Made by a program: the position numbers and the translations under genes
Assembly (NCBI GenBank): GCA_041389085.1
Contig: JAWKSL010000001.1
Location: 228,542 to 292,541, forward strand
Source of the DNA: Minisyncoccota bacterium
Lineage (GTDB): Bacteria > Patescibacteriota > Minisyncoccia > UBA6257 > 1-14-0-10-44-23
Length of the DNA: 64,000 nucleotides
Reading direction: 5' to 3'
Notes under the pieces: generated by a model
The model's input: only the letters and a program-made list of their open reading frames with translations
Databases searched by the model: none
What the model was told of the DNA's origin: nothing
Shown here: positions 19,061 to 28,079 of the stretch, piece by piece
Numbering within the stretch: the first letter of the stretch is position 1
Layout of the letters: every line of letters begins with the position of its first letter

Positions 19061-19752
19061 TGAGCAATTTATTTCACATACTACTTATTCAGCCGCTATT
19101 TAACGCCCTTATTGGCTTTTACAACACCATCGCTTTTAGAGACATGGGGCTTGCTATCATCCTTCTCACTATTGCGGTGAGATTTGTGCTTTATCCCCTC
19201 TTTTACCATGGGCTTAAAAATCAGGCGATGATGCAGAAAATTCAGCCTCATATAGAAGAAATACAAAAGAAGCATAAGGACGATAAGGAGAAGCAGGCGC
19301 TTGAGATGATGGCGCTTTGGAAAGAGCATAAAGTAAACCCTTTTTCAGGGTTTCTCCTTCTTCTCGTACAGCTCCCGATAATTCTTGCTATCTACCGCGT
19401 GTTTCTTGATGGAGTGAGTGAAAAGGCTCTCGAAGGACTCTACTCCTTTGTTTCAGCGCCTGAGGTGCTCAACAATACCTTCTTGGGCGTCGTAGACCTT
19501 AGTTCAAAAAGCATGATTATAGTGGTTTTGGCTACCGCGGCAGCCTATATTCAGGGCAGAATGGCCATACCAAAAGGTAATAGTAAGAGTGCTGAGATAG
19601 GGAAAAAGATGAGCCTTATTGCTCCGGCTATAATTCTTGTAATTTTACTAAACTTTTCAAGCGCGATCGGATTGTATATTCTTACTACAACGGTCTTCTC
19701 TATATTCCAGCAGGCCGTTATAAACAAGAAGATACATGGATCTACAGCTTAA
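19060..19752 (+). CDS. yidC: membrane protein insertase YidC (short Oxa1-like form)
   Basis: Multi-TM protein in the conserved rnpA-yidC context; 230 aa. Confidence 0.8.
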   Translation: MSNLFHILLIQPLFNALIGFYNTIAFRDMGLAIILLTIAVRFVLYPLFYHGLKNQAMMQKIQPHIEEIQKKHKDDKEKQALEMMALWKEHKVNPFSGFLLLLVQLPIILAIYRVFLDGVSEKALEGLYSFVSAPEVLNNTFLGVVDLSSKSMIIVVLATAAAYIQGRMAIPKGNSKSAEIGKKMSLIAPAIILVILLNFSSAIGLYILTTTVFSIFQQAVINKKIHGSTA

Positions 19753-20167
19753 AGACTTTATAGAGGGAATAGTGACACGAATGGGCTTTGCAGACGCCCA
19801 GGTTAGCGTTGATGAAGAAGGCCGAAGAATATCAGTTATTATCGACGATGGTGACTGGGTGGCGAAAAAAGTTCCCGACCTTGTTTCTGCCCTTCGACAG
19901 CTTACACGAGGGCTTGCGCGAAAGAATTCACTCGAGAATTACTTTATCGACATAAACAACTACAAGAAGGAAAGAGAGCGTCTCATTGTTGAGATAGGCC
20001 AGGCGGGTGCAAAGAAGGCAGTATTTGAAAAAGTAGAAGTGGCCCTGCCAGCAATGAACTCTTACGAAAGAAGGCTTGTACACGCAGACCTGTCTATGAG
20101 GCCCGATGTAAAGACTGAGAGCGCCGGAGAGGGCAAAGAAAGACACATAATAATAAAACCGCTGTAA
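19736..20167 (+). CDS. jag: Jag/KhpB-like KH/R3H RNA-binding protein
   Basis: Position after yidC, with a C-terminal R3H-like region. Confidence 0.65.
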   Translation: MDLQLKDFIEGIVTRMGFADAQVSVDEEGRRISVIIDDGDWVAKKVPDLVSALRQLTRGLARKNSLENYFIDINNYKKERERLIVEIGQAGAKKAVFEKVEVALPAMNSYERRLVHADLSMRPDVKTESAGEGKERHIIIKPL

Positions 20168-20195
20168 GCGGTTTTATTATTGAGCTGCTCGATAT

Positions 20196-21371
20196 TTAGT
20201 CTACCCAGGTTGTTATTCCCCCACTCTCTTTTATCTGATTGTAGGCTGTCTCTGTTTGATCCGAGCCATTACTGTATTGAGAAAACATCTGGTCTCTTCC
20301 CGCGAGATACCCAGCGCGCGACTGCTCTACCCATGGATGTGCAGTGTTGTCTGCTAAGTAACTTCTCTGTTCTATTTCAATGAGTTGGCGGGCCACCTGT
20401 TGAGGGGTTTCATTATTGCCCTGTGTTACCACTTCATTTACCACTCCCTCTCTCCTCATTTGGTAAAATTGCTGCTCGGCATACTCATTGAATCCTGTTG
20501 GGTATTCGCTGTTCGCCTCCTGCCATGAGATGTATCCATCTGCTTGGTAGGAAATACGGTTTCCTTCGCTAAAGTTGTATGGGTTTTGATAGTTTCCTGT
20601 ATCGAGGGCGCTTATTCTCTCGGAAAAATAATGAGCTCGAAGAGCGGGATATTGGTTGAATAGAGCTTCTTGCGCTGCGGCAAACGCTGCATAATTTTCT
20701 GAAGAGAGAATTGTAGACTCATCTCTTAGCATTCGTCGTGCGGCTTGAAGCGCCCTACGGTCATCGTTGAGGTTGAACTCGTGTTTATAGCCATTTATAT
20801 ATGACTCTGTTTGGTTCGCTTGTCTGCTCGCCTGTGAGTTTTGTATAGCTTCTAGCTCGGCATCTCTTGCCTCAGCATTTCTTTGCTCTCGCATAGCCTC
20901 GAGCTCACGAATTGGTTCATCTGAGCTCCCAATGTTTAATATGCGCGGATTAATAGTGTAAAGAAGCACAGCAGCTCCAATAAGAAGCACAAGGCCAATA
21001 ATAGCGTCGAATATCCACCCCTTTGCGTCTGCCTGCACAGCTGGCTTCCCTGCTGAAGCTACGTAGCGCACTCCGGCAAAAACAATAATCGCGAGAGCTA
21101 AAAGAGCTCCGATGCCAATAGCCCAGCGATAGATAATGTTTATGTAGTTTCCTAGTCCTTGATGTGCATTTACCGAACCACCTGTTCCTGGAATGTCTAC
21201 AATTAGGTCTACGGTTCCGTCTGGGGTAGTTTTTGCGGCGGCGTCTACAGCGTCAGCATTTGCTTCTTGTGGTGTGGCCTCATCCTCAGCAGAAACACTC
21301 GCCGTGAGTGGGGCTAGTGCGATTAGTCCTGCAAAAAGCGCAGCGAAGAATGTCTTAGTTTTTAGGCTCAT
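20196..21371 (-). CDS. secreted VirB2/TrbC-pilin-like domain fused to a ~240-aa Q/N/Y-rich C-terminal domain
   Basis: A signal peptide is followed by two hydrophobic helices (YINIIYRWAIGIGALLALAIIVFAGV and WIFDAIIGLVLLIGAAVLLY), as in conjugative pilins. The family is not certain. Confidence 0.4.
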   Translation of the reverse strand: MSLKTKTFFAALFAGLIALAPLTASVSAEDEATPQEANADAVDAAAKTTPDGTVDLIVDIPGTGGSVNAHQGLGNYINIIYRWAIGIGALLALAIIVFAGVRYVASAGKPAVQADAKGWIFDAIIGLVLLIGAAVLLYTINPRILNIGSSDEPIRELEAMREQRNAEARDAELEAIQNSQASRQANQTESYINGYKHEFNLNDDRRALQAARRMLRDESTILSSENYAAFAAAQEALFNQYPALRAHYFSERISALDTGNYQNPYNFSEGNRISYQADGYISWQEANSEYPTGFNEYAEQQFYQMRREGVVNEVVTQGNNETPQQVARQLIEIEQRSYLADNTAHPWVEQSRAGYLAGRDQMFSQYSNGSDQTETAYNQIKESGGITTWVD

Positions 21372-23076
21372 TGCTTAATTGTTGGGCGATTAACTCTTCT
21401 GGGTTTGTGGTTATTATCTCATGCTCTGGATAGGACGCTACTATTTGAATAGCAACGTGGTTTAGTCCGGCAAAGAATAGCCCTTGTCCCACCTCTCCTT
21501 CAAGGAGAAGTGATTTTTCTCCATCTGAAAGATCAAATGTCTTGGTGATAGTGTCTATCATCGCTGGTGATTGGCGCAGAAGCAGCTGGAGGCTTGAGTT
21601 TGTGATTATCGGGCGCCCGTATGGCGAGAGAAGAAAGTCTTCTACGTCTTGAGTAATAGTAGTTACCCCAAGGTAGTACTTGCGTGCTCGTTTTACGAGG
21701 CCAAATAGGAATGTTGCACTGTCTTGGTTTTTCATTAAGAGCCACGCTTCGTCGATAACAACAACGCGGCGCTTTAGCTTTGAGCGAATAACTGCCCAGA
21801 TGAAGTTAAGAATTACATACATCGCTATTGGGCGAAGCTCTTCTTCAAGGTCGCGAAGAGAAAATACAATCATGCGGTTTGCGATGTCGATGTTGGTAGC
21901 CTGGTTTGCAAACCCTGCAAAGCTACCTTCGGTAAAGCGGTAGAGTCTGTCTGCAAGCCCCTCCCCTCCTTCAAACCCACGCAAGACGTTTTCCAGGTCT
22001 TTTAATACTGGTGGCTCTGAGTTGCTAAAGTCTTTTCCTGGGATGATGTCGCGCGCTGCATATGTTTCAGTAATAGCGCGGTCGATAAGAGCCTCTTCTT
22101 CTGGGCTAATTTCCCCTACCATGAGGCGGATAAGGCCGGCGAGGTTTACAATGTGGCTGCGAAGAGTTTCTGCTGGATCGTCTCCTTCAGGAATAACTGG
22201 GATTTGAAATGGGTTGATGTGGTCTTTTGATGAAAGTGAAATTCTAAAGTAGCTTCCTCCAACTGCGCGTGTAAGGCGCTCATATTCGTTTTCAGGGTCT
22301 ACAACAAGCACGTCGGTGCCTGTCATTAGAAGGCGGAGAATTTCGAGCTTTGCAGCGTATGATTTTCCAGATCCAGACTTTGCAAAGATAACCATGTTTG
22401 CGTTTTCAAGCTTGAAGCGGTCGAAGATGATCAAGCTGCTGTTGTGGCGGTTTATTCCATATAGGATTCCTTCTTCACTTGTAAGGTTGAGAGAAACAAA
22501 TGGGAAAGAAGAGCTGAGCGGCCCTGAGTTTAGCGGTGTAGTTACTTGCAGCTGATCTTTTGCGGTTGGGAGCGTAGTGTTAAAGCCTTCTACTTGCTGG
22601 AAGAGTGCTGGCTTTGCGTATACAAGGCGGCTTTCAAGAAGATTGGTTATTTCTGACTCTACTTTCTTAAGCTCTTTTAGAGAGTCTGCGTACATCGTTA
22701 TATACACTGCTGATTGAAAAAGGTGCTCGCGCGATTGCTGAAGTGAGTCTCGGAGAGATTCTACATCTTGGTGTGCTGTTTCAAGGAGTGGGCTTCGAAT
22801 GAGGCCTTTTTCTTGTTGCTCGATAAGTTGCGCTTCTATCTGAGTAGCTTTACGGCGAAGTTTTTTGAGTGCGAGCGAAGTCTCAACAGGAGCTACATAT
22901 ATACCTATATCGAGTAGGCCTGGAAAATTTACAATTGGGCTAAACCACCCTGTTGCTAAGTAGCGTGGGTATGAAAATACGAAGATTGTTTTTGCGAACT
23001 TGTTTCCTATTTGAAGGTGGTCGCTGCTGAGCTTTATCGCTGCTGGAGCGATGATGTTTTTTATCTGTTCGTTCAT
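21355..23076 (-). CDS. virB4: VirB4/TrbE/CagE-family T4SS ATPase (C-terminal ATPase part)
   Basis: FAKSGSGKSYAAK Walker A and VVVIDEAWLL Walker B; 573 aa. Confidence 0.75.
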   Translation of the reverse strand: MNEQIKNIIAPAAIKLSSDHLQIGNKFAKTIFVFSYPRYLATGWFSPIVNFPGLLDIGIYVAPVETSLALKKLRRKATQIEAQLIEQQEKGLIRSPLLETAHQDVESLRDSLQQSREHLFQSAVYITMYADSLKELKKVESEITNLLESRLVYAKPALFQQVEGFNTTLPTAKDQLQVTTPLNSGPLSSSFPFVSLNLTSEEGILYGINRHNSSLIIFDRFKLENANMVIFAKSGSGKSYAAKLEILRLLMTGTDVLVVDPENEYERLTRAVGGSYFRISLSSKDHINPFQIPVIPEGDDPAETLRSHIVNLAGLIRLMVGEISPEEEALIDRAITETYAARDIIPGKDFSNSEPPVLKDLENVLRGFEGGEGLADRLYRFTEGSFAGFANQATNIDIANRMIVFSLRDLEEELRPIAMYVILNFIWAVIRSKLKRRVVVIDEAWLLMKNQDSATFLFGLVKRARKYYLGVTTITQDVEDFLLSPYGRPIITNSSLQLLLRQSPAMIDTITKTFDLSDGEKSLLLEGEVGQGLFFAGLNHVAIQIVASYPEHEIITTNPEELIAQQLSNEPKN

Positions 23077-23077
23077 G

Positions 23078-23770
23078 CTAGGCGTTTGGTTGGTCTGTAG
23101 TTAAGACAAGACCTTTCTTTTCTATAGCCTCTGGGTTGTAGAGGTTGTAGAAAAGTTCAGTGGTTTCTTCGTCGTTGAGGGGTACTGCGCGAAGACCTAT
23201 CTGGTTTAGTGAAGACACTACTTCGTCAGTTCTTTGCTTGAGCTGACTCACGTATTCGCGAATGTTTTCGTCTCCTGATGTCTTTGTGAGAGGGTCGAGC
23301 TTATCCTTCGATATGAGTTTAAACAGTCCTCCAGCAGCCTTTTTGCCTGCTTGTGAGAGCTGCACTGGGTCGTATGGTACTACAACGAAGAACGATTTAT
23401 GCATGATAATGTTCTCGTTTACAAGGGTGCGGATAAACTCGCGATACTCTGCTATTTGTGTGCGAAGAAGCGGGTTTGGCTCCTTTACCTCTATTTGAGA
23501 AAGCCCTTCAATGTATCGGTCTACGTTTATCTTGCGTGAGTGTACGAAAATTTGAATTGGAAAGTCGAGTGAGTTGAGGAAGTTTTGATATCCAAATATA
23601 AGAGCCTCCTTCTCTTCTTCACTTTTTAGGTCGAAGTTTATACCAGAAACCATAACGATCTGGCGCAAAGCTCCGTTTTTAAGAATAGCTATACCATCCT
23701 TCACTTCTTTTACTTCAACAAACGATTGTGTTGGAAGTGACTGTTTTGGATTCACTTTTTCCTCTTGCAT
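23078..23770 (-). CDS. probable N-terminal domain of VirB4, encoded as a separate ORF
   Basis: Its stop (TAG) is 1 nt before the ATG of the ATPase ORF. 230 + 573 aa is about the length of a full VirB4. Confidence 0.4.
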   Translation of the reverse strand: MQEEKVNPKQSLPTQSFVEVKEVKDGIAILKNGALRQIVMVSGINFDLKSEEEKEALIFGYQNFLNSLDFPIQIFVHSRKINVDRYIEGLSQIEVKEPNPLLRTQIAEYREFIRTLVNENIIMHKSFFVVVPYDPVQLSQAGKKAAGGLFKLISKDKLDPLTKTSGDENIREYVSQLKQRTDEVVSSLNQIGLRAVPLNDEETTELFYNLYNPEAIEKKGLVLTTDQPNA

Positions 23771-23794
23771 ATATAAAAGTATAACAGGCTTAAG

Positions 23795-24310
23795 CTAGCG
23801 ATAATCGACGCGCTTGTATACGCGGCGTTCACCAGTAAGCTTTCTTTGTACTTCGAACTGCTCTACTGGCTCTTTAATTCGGTTAAATATCTTTAATCCC
23901 CCCTTCTCTCTTAACTTTATTGGCTGAGTTGTGGTGTTGAGCTTATCCCAAAGGTTTTCGAGCGGTTTTATCTGAGCTTCTTTCTCGCGAACCACCTTTA
24001 TATCAGGAAGGTTTGGAAGAAGTTCCTTTGTTTCTTCTTTTTTCCAAATATAAAACTTCGGTTGCCAGGTGAATTTGACTGCTGAAACGAGCAAGATAAT
24101 AAACGGGCGGCCATTTACCTTTATAAATGCAAAAGAGCTGGCAAGTGTGCCAACTACTACGGTGATTATAAGCCAGAGCCAGAGTTCAAAAAGGAAGAAA
24201 AAAAGAAAACTCGCGAGAGCTGCTATTGCGATGTAGATAAACTGCTTGAGCGTAAGAGGCCCAACTATCTTGTCTTCTATTTCGATAAATTGAGGTACTT
24301 GGAACTGCAC
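23795..24310 (-). CDS. PrgI/VirB3-like small membrane protein
   Basis: Two N-proximal TM helices (FIYIAIAALASFLFFFLF / LWLIITVVVGTLASSFAF) and a position next to VirB4. Confidence 0.45.
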   Translation of the reverse strand: MQFQVPQFIEIEDKIVGPLTLKQFIYIAIAALASFLFFFLFELWLWLIITVVVGTLASSFAFIKVNGRPFIILLVSAVKFTWQPKFYIWKKEETKELLPNLPDIKVVREKEAQIKPLENLWDKLNTTTQPIKLREKGGLKIFNRIKEPVEQFEVQRKLTGERRVYKRVDYR

Positions 24311-24334
24311 AAAATTAGAGTTAAGAGGTAAGAA

Positions 24335-24721
24335 TTAAGAATTAAGAGTTTTGGTCTTTTTTATCAACCCATTTAGTAGTTTACTACATTCAATCGCCAT
24401 GTCTGCTAGGTTTTTAAAACCATTTTCTTTTATATGTCCTAAGTCTCTAGCTATAAGTAGTTGGCTTTGTAGTTCAGTTAGAGACCCTAAGCTCATAGAG
24501 TAAAAATGCTGCCTGTCTTTCGGGGAGTGCCTACTAAAGCCCTCTGCTATATTTGAACATGTAGACACCGAGGCTCTTCTCATTTGGCTTGTAAGTGTAA
24601 ACATCTCTTCTTTCGGGAAAGCCGATGTGGCTTTGTATATTGCTAAGGTCAGCGAATGACATCTCCTCCACGCGATAAGGTCTGTGAACGATTTAATTTT
24701 CCCTGTGTTTTCTTTTTTCAC
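24335..24721 (-). CDS. four-helix-bundle protein (23S rRNA intervening-sequence protein / Avd-like family)
   Basis: 128 aa; the ...AEGFSRHS...FYSMSLGSLTELQSQL pattern is typical of this family. Confidence 0.7.
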   Translation of the reverse strand: MKKENTGKIKSFTDLIAWRRCHSLTLAIYKATSAFPKEEMFTLTSQMRRASVSTCSNIAEGFSRHSPKDRQHFYSMSLGSLTELQSQLLIARDLGHIKENGFKNLADMAIECSKLLNGLIKKTKTLNS

Positions 24722-24753
24722 TCTTACGTCTTATCTCTAAACTCTCGCTTCTA

Positions 24754-25590
24754 TTATTTCGGTAAGTTGTCTTTGTCTCCTAATATTGTTCTAAATGCGC
24801 TGTAGTGCACTACTTTTGGCTCTTCGTGCCTACTTTCAACCCTGCCTGGCTGCACCTGGGCTTCATTTTTATTTATGCCCTTAAAGAAGCTTCCGAAGCG
24901 GGCTTTTTCTTGCGGAGCTTGTTCTTGCTTCTGGGGTTGGCTTGCTGAGTGTGGGAGCTCAAAGCGAAACGCAGGGCCCGCGCTTTCTGCCGAAGGCTGC
25001 TTTGGTGCCTCTTCGTGAAGCATAAAAGGTTTCTCGGTTGTTTGCTGGTTTGTGTCGCTCTTTAAGTCTGGCTTTTGTGGTTGCTGCTTTGGCGCAAGGT
25101 CCGGCACAACACTTCCTTGTGCTGGTGTGGCTTGTCCTTCCAGCTGGGTTGTTGGTGCTGAGTCGGCTAAAGATCCTTTTCTTGCTTGCGCAAAGGCTGA
25201 AATAGAAGGCTTCTGTTGCGAAAGTGAATCTACTCCCCCTCTCGGTGTACTGATTTTTTCTATATCAACGCCCTGTACTGTTTTTAGGCCGATTGTAATC
25301 GGTGCCAGTACTTTATCTTTCAATATTGCTGCAATTTCTCCTGCTTTGTCTTCAGATATCTTTAAATCAGTAGCAAGCGCCTTTGTGAAGGCTTCTGGCG
25401 GGGTTAGCGTGAGTACGAGGCGCGTAATGTCGCGCGCGATTACAGGTAGGCGCTCTCCAAAAAACTGGTTTTCCTTGTTGATGTGTTCGATGACTTCTAC
25501 CACTCGGTCTGAAGTAAGCCAGTTCTTAATAGCCTCTGGAAGAAGGTAGAAAGTTTTTTGAGCTGTTTGTTGGCTAGAGAGAATATCCAT
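24754..25590 (-). CDS. hypothetical protein, Q/P-rich low-complexity C-terminal half
   Basis: ORF only; lies inside the T4SS-like cluster. Confidence 0.3.
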   Translation of the reverse strand: MDILSSQQTAQKTFYLLPEAIKNWLTSDRVVEVIEHINKENQFFGERLPVIARDITRLVLTLTPPEAFTKALATDLKISEDKAGEIAAILKDKVLAPITIGLKTVQGVDIEKISTPRGGVDSLSQQKPSISAFAQARKGSLADSAPTTQLEGQATPAQGSVVPDLAPKQQPQKPDLKSDTNQQTTEKPFMLHEEAPKQPSAESAGPAFRFELPHSASQPQKQEQAPQEKARFGSFFKGINKNEAQVQPGRVESRHEEPKVVHYSAFRTILGDKDNLPK

Positions 25591-25592
25591 CT

Positions 25593-28079
25593 TTAAGTGT
25601 AGCTTTGGTGTGTGTCTGCTCCTGCGTTATAATTTTGTTTTTTTGAGGATGGCTTTTGACCGGCCCCTGGGTCTCCTGGTGTTTGCATTAGTTTGTGCCA
25701 AGCCACTACCATGTCGCGGTCTTGTGTTAATTTCGCGATCTGCTCCTTCTGCTGCTTGCTGTCACCCCCCTGAGAGCGAATGGCGTTTATCTGGGTTTGT
25801 ATTTGAGCAGCGGCTGCTTCAGGACTTGCAGTTTGCCAGCTACCCTTTCCAAGACTTTCTTCTATAGCCTGTATCCAAGCCTCTTGTGTTGATGCTTTTG
25901 CATTCATTATCATCGCAGTTGCGCCTCTTACCTTCATGGCTTGTGCCAAGGCATATTTCTGCGCTGTATCGCCTAGGTCTTTAATAGGAAGATCGGCGAT
26001 CTTCTTTGCATCCAAGGATTCAAAGATACCTTTAATGATTTTATTTTCCGCCTCGGTGAGGTCGCTAGGCATGTCATTGCGTGCTTTTGCAAGGAATCCT
26101 TTAGCAATTTTGCGACTCTCTTTCTGGTCTTCAGTGCGAGCTTTTGTATTTTTATCCTTGAGCGCTTTCGCTATAGCCGCAAATTCAGGGTCCTTTTCGG
26201 AGAGCCCTCGAGCGATACTTTCTGCTAACTGTACACTTCCATTTGCGTAAGCGGCCTCAAGAAGTGCTTTTTTGTTCTTAAAGCTACTATCTCCGCTCGC
26301 TGCGCCCACATCGCTAAGAGCATTTGTTTTCGACAGGAGCATGCCAAGTGCAGCTTTTTCTTTGCTCGACATGGTGTCAATCTTGCTGAGCATGTCGAGA
26401 GCCTCTGGTTTTGATTTATCTTTATATTGATCGTTGAAGAACTTTAGGGTTGCCTCCTGGCTTGCCTTTTCTCCAAACGGAATAGATTTCTTTCCTACCG
26501 CGAAGTCTTCGGTCCACGCAAGCTTATCTTCTGCTATTTTTGGAATGTCTTTTAGGCGCGACTTTGAATCGAGGACTTCCCCTAGGGCTTTGCGCGGTGC
26601 AGCGGAAATTTTTCCTGCCCCCTTACCGAACCGTGCTATACCGCTTCCTACTGTTGCGAGTTTGTTAAATCCAAACTTAGAACCGGCTGCCCCAAGCCCC
26701 GATCCAATACCGGCAACAGCACCGGTGCTTGTTGCTTCAAATGCCTTTAAGGTTCCCCGCGTTGCTCCTCCTAGACCAACCTTACCAAGTGTTTTTGGTA
26801 TGCGTGAGCCGATAAATGCGCCGACTCCAAATGCGAGGCCTGCGCCCATAACTCCTCCAGCCTTTCCTGCCTTCATGGCTGCCCAAAGGAGCCCGAGAAG
26901 GACGAGGATTTGCATAACGTTGTTAAAGAAGTCGGTTCCGAGTAGTCCTCCGCTTCGTGAAGTGACGAGCATGGTACTAATCGCGAGGAAGACAAAGAAG
27001 GTTACCGTTGGTAGATAAATAAGCCACTTTATAAAGTTGTCCCACCACTTCTTTTGATATTCGCTTAGGCGAGGAATGAGTCCGAGTGCCCATACGAGTG
27101 GCATAAATATGAGAAGCGTTGCTATCCAAATGTTTCGCACAAGGACCATAATTCCAATTGCAACAAGGACCCCTGCCATAAGCCAGGTGATGATGTCGGC
27201 AAGAATCAGAGCTTGTACAAGTTTAAACCACACCGACCAACCTGTTTCGTCATTGTTTATATTGAATTTTAAGTCTTTACCGAGTTTAAATGCCTCTTCG
27301 TCTTCTACAAGTCCGCTTGATACCTTTGTGCCTTCATCGTTTAGCTTCACCGACTTATACTCAAAGTCCCCTGCATTTTTAATGCTTAGCAAACTTTGAG
27401 GTTGAAGCGCACCTCCGATTTTATCCGGGTGGATAGATTGGAGGAAGTTTGCTGTAAGTACATTTGATACATCGATAAATAGCCCAGCAATGAGGAAGCT
27501 GAAGTTTACGAGAATAGCTGCGAAGATGAGGCGTTTAAGTTGATTTTTGATATTGTAGCTCTTGCTTCGAAGCATGGTGCCAAAAGCCATAACGATTATG
27601 GCGATGACGAAGAAGAGGTTTGTAAGACTAAGGCTTACTTTAAAGCCGGCGGTGATTATCGGTAGCGTGATGATCGTGATTCCATACTTCACCATTGTGT
27701 ACACCATCCATGATCCAAAAGTGAGGATAAGTGCCCCTATTTTACCCACGAGGCTTAAGAAGAGCATGGTCACCGACTTAAAGCCAACCAAGATCCAGCA
27801 GTAGACGTCTGTTACTGATTTATCGCACTGGCCATACTTAATGTCGATACCTTCAAGATCAAAAAATCCATTCCCTTCTCCTATGCCAGGTACTGATGTC
27901 CCCGCAAAGTCTGCTGCTGAGGGTGGGTTGATGTTTGCACTTGCAGATGCTCCCTCCTCAGTTTCGTCATCTGCGAGCGCAACATTCACCCATGGTGTTG
28001 AAATAGGCAGGAGCGACAGTAGCACAAGCGCGATCATCGCTGCGGCAAATATTTTTTTTGTGATTTTTTTAGCTAGCAT
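25593..28079 (-). CDS. polytopic membrane protein, VirB6/TrbL-like, with long hydrophilic C-terminal extension
   Basis: Signal sequence, six or more TM helices, and cluster context. Confidence 0.5.
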   Translation of the reverse strand: MLAKKITKKIFAAAMIALVLLSLLPISTPWVNVALADDETEEGASASANINPPSAADFAGTSVPGIGEGNGFFDLEGIDIKYGQCDKSVTDVYCWILVGFKSVTMLFLSLVGKIGALILTFGSWMVYTMVKYGITIITLPIITAGFKVSLSLTNLFFVIAIIVMAFGTMLRSKSYNIKNQLKRLIFAAILVNFSFLIAGLFIDVSNVLTANFLQSIHPDKIGGALQPQSLLSIKNAGDFEYKSVKLNDEGTKVSSGLVEDEEAFKLGKDLKFNINNDETGWSVWFKLVQALILADIITWLMAGVLVAIGIMVLVRNIWIATLLIFMPLVWALGLIPRLSEYQKKWWDNFIKWLIYLPTVTFFVFLAISTMLVTSRSGGLLGTDFFNNVMQILVLLGLLWAAMKAGKAGGVMGAGLAFGVGAFIGSRIPKTLGKVGLGGATRGTLKAFEATSTGAVAGIGSGLGAAGSKFGFNKLATVGSGIARFGKGAGKISAAPRKALGEVLDSKSRLKDIPKIAEDKLAWTEDFAVGKKSIPFGEKASQEATLKFFNDQYKDKSKPEALDMLSKIDTMSSKEKAALGMLLSKTNALSDVGAASGDSSFKNKKALLEAAYANGSVQLAESIARGLSEKDPEFAAIAKALKDKNTKARTEDQKESRKIAKGFLAKARNDMPSDLTEAENKIIKGIFESLDAKKIADLPIKDLGDTAQKYALAQAMKVRGATAMIMNAKASTQEAWIQAIEESLGKGSWQTASPEAAAAQIQTQINAIRSQGGDSKQQKEQIAKLTQDRDMVVAWHKLMQTPGDPGAGQKPSSKKQNYNAGADTHQSYT

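Noticed and set aside
24754-25590. Assigning the Q/P-rich protein as VirB8 or VirB10
   Set aside because: No TM anchor or recognisable NTF2-like or TonB-like features by eye. It is left as hypothetical.
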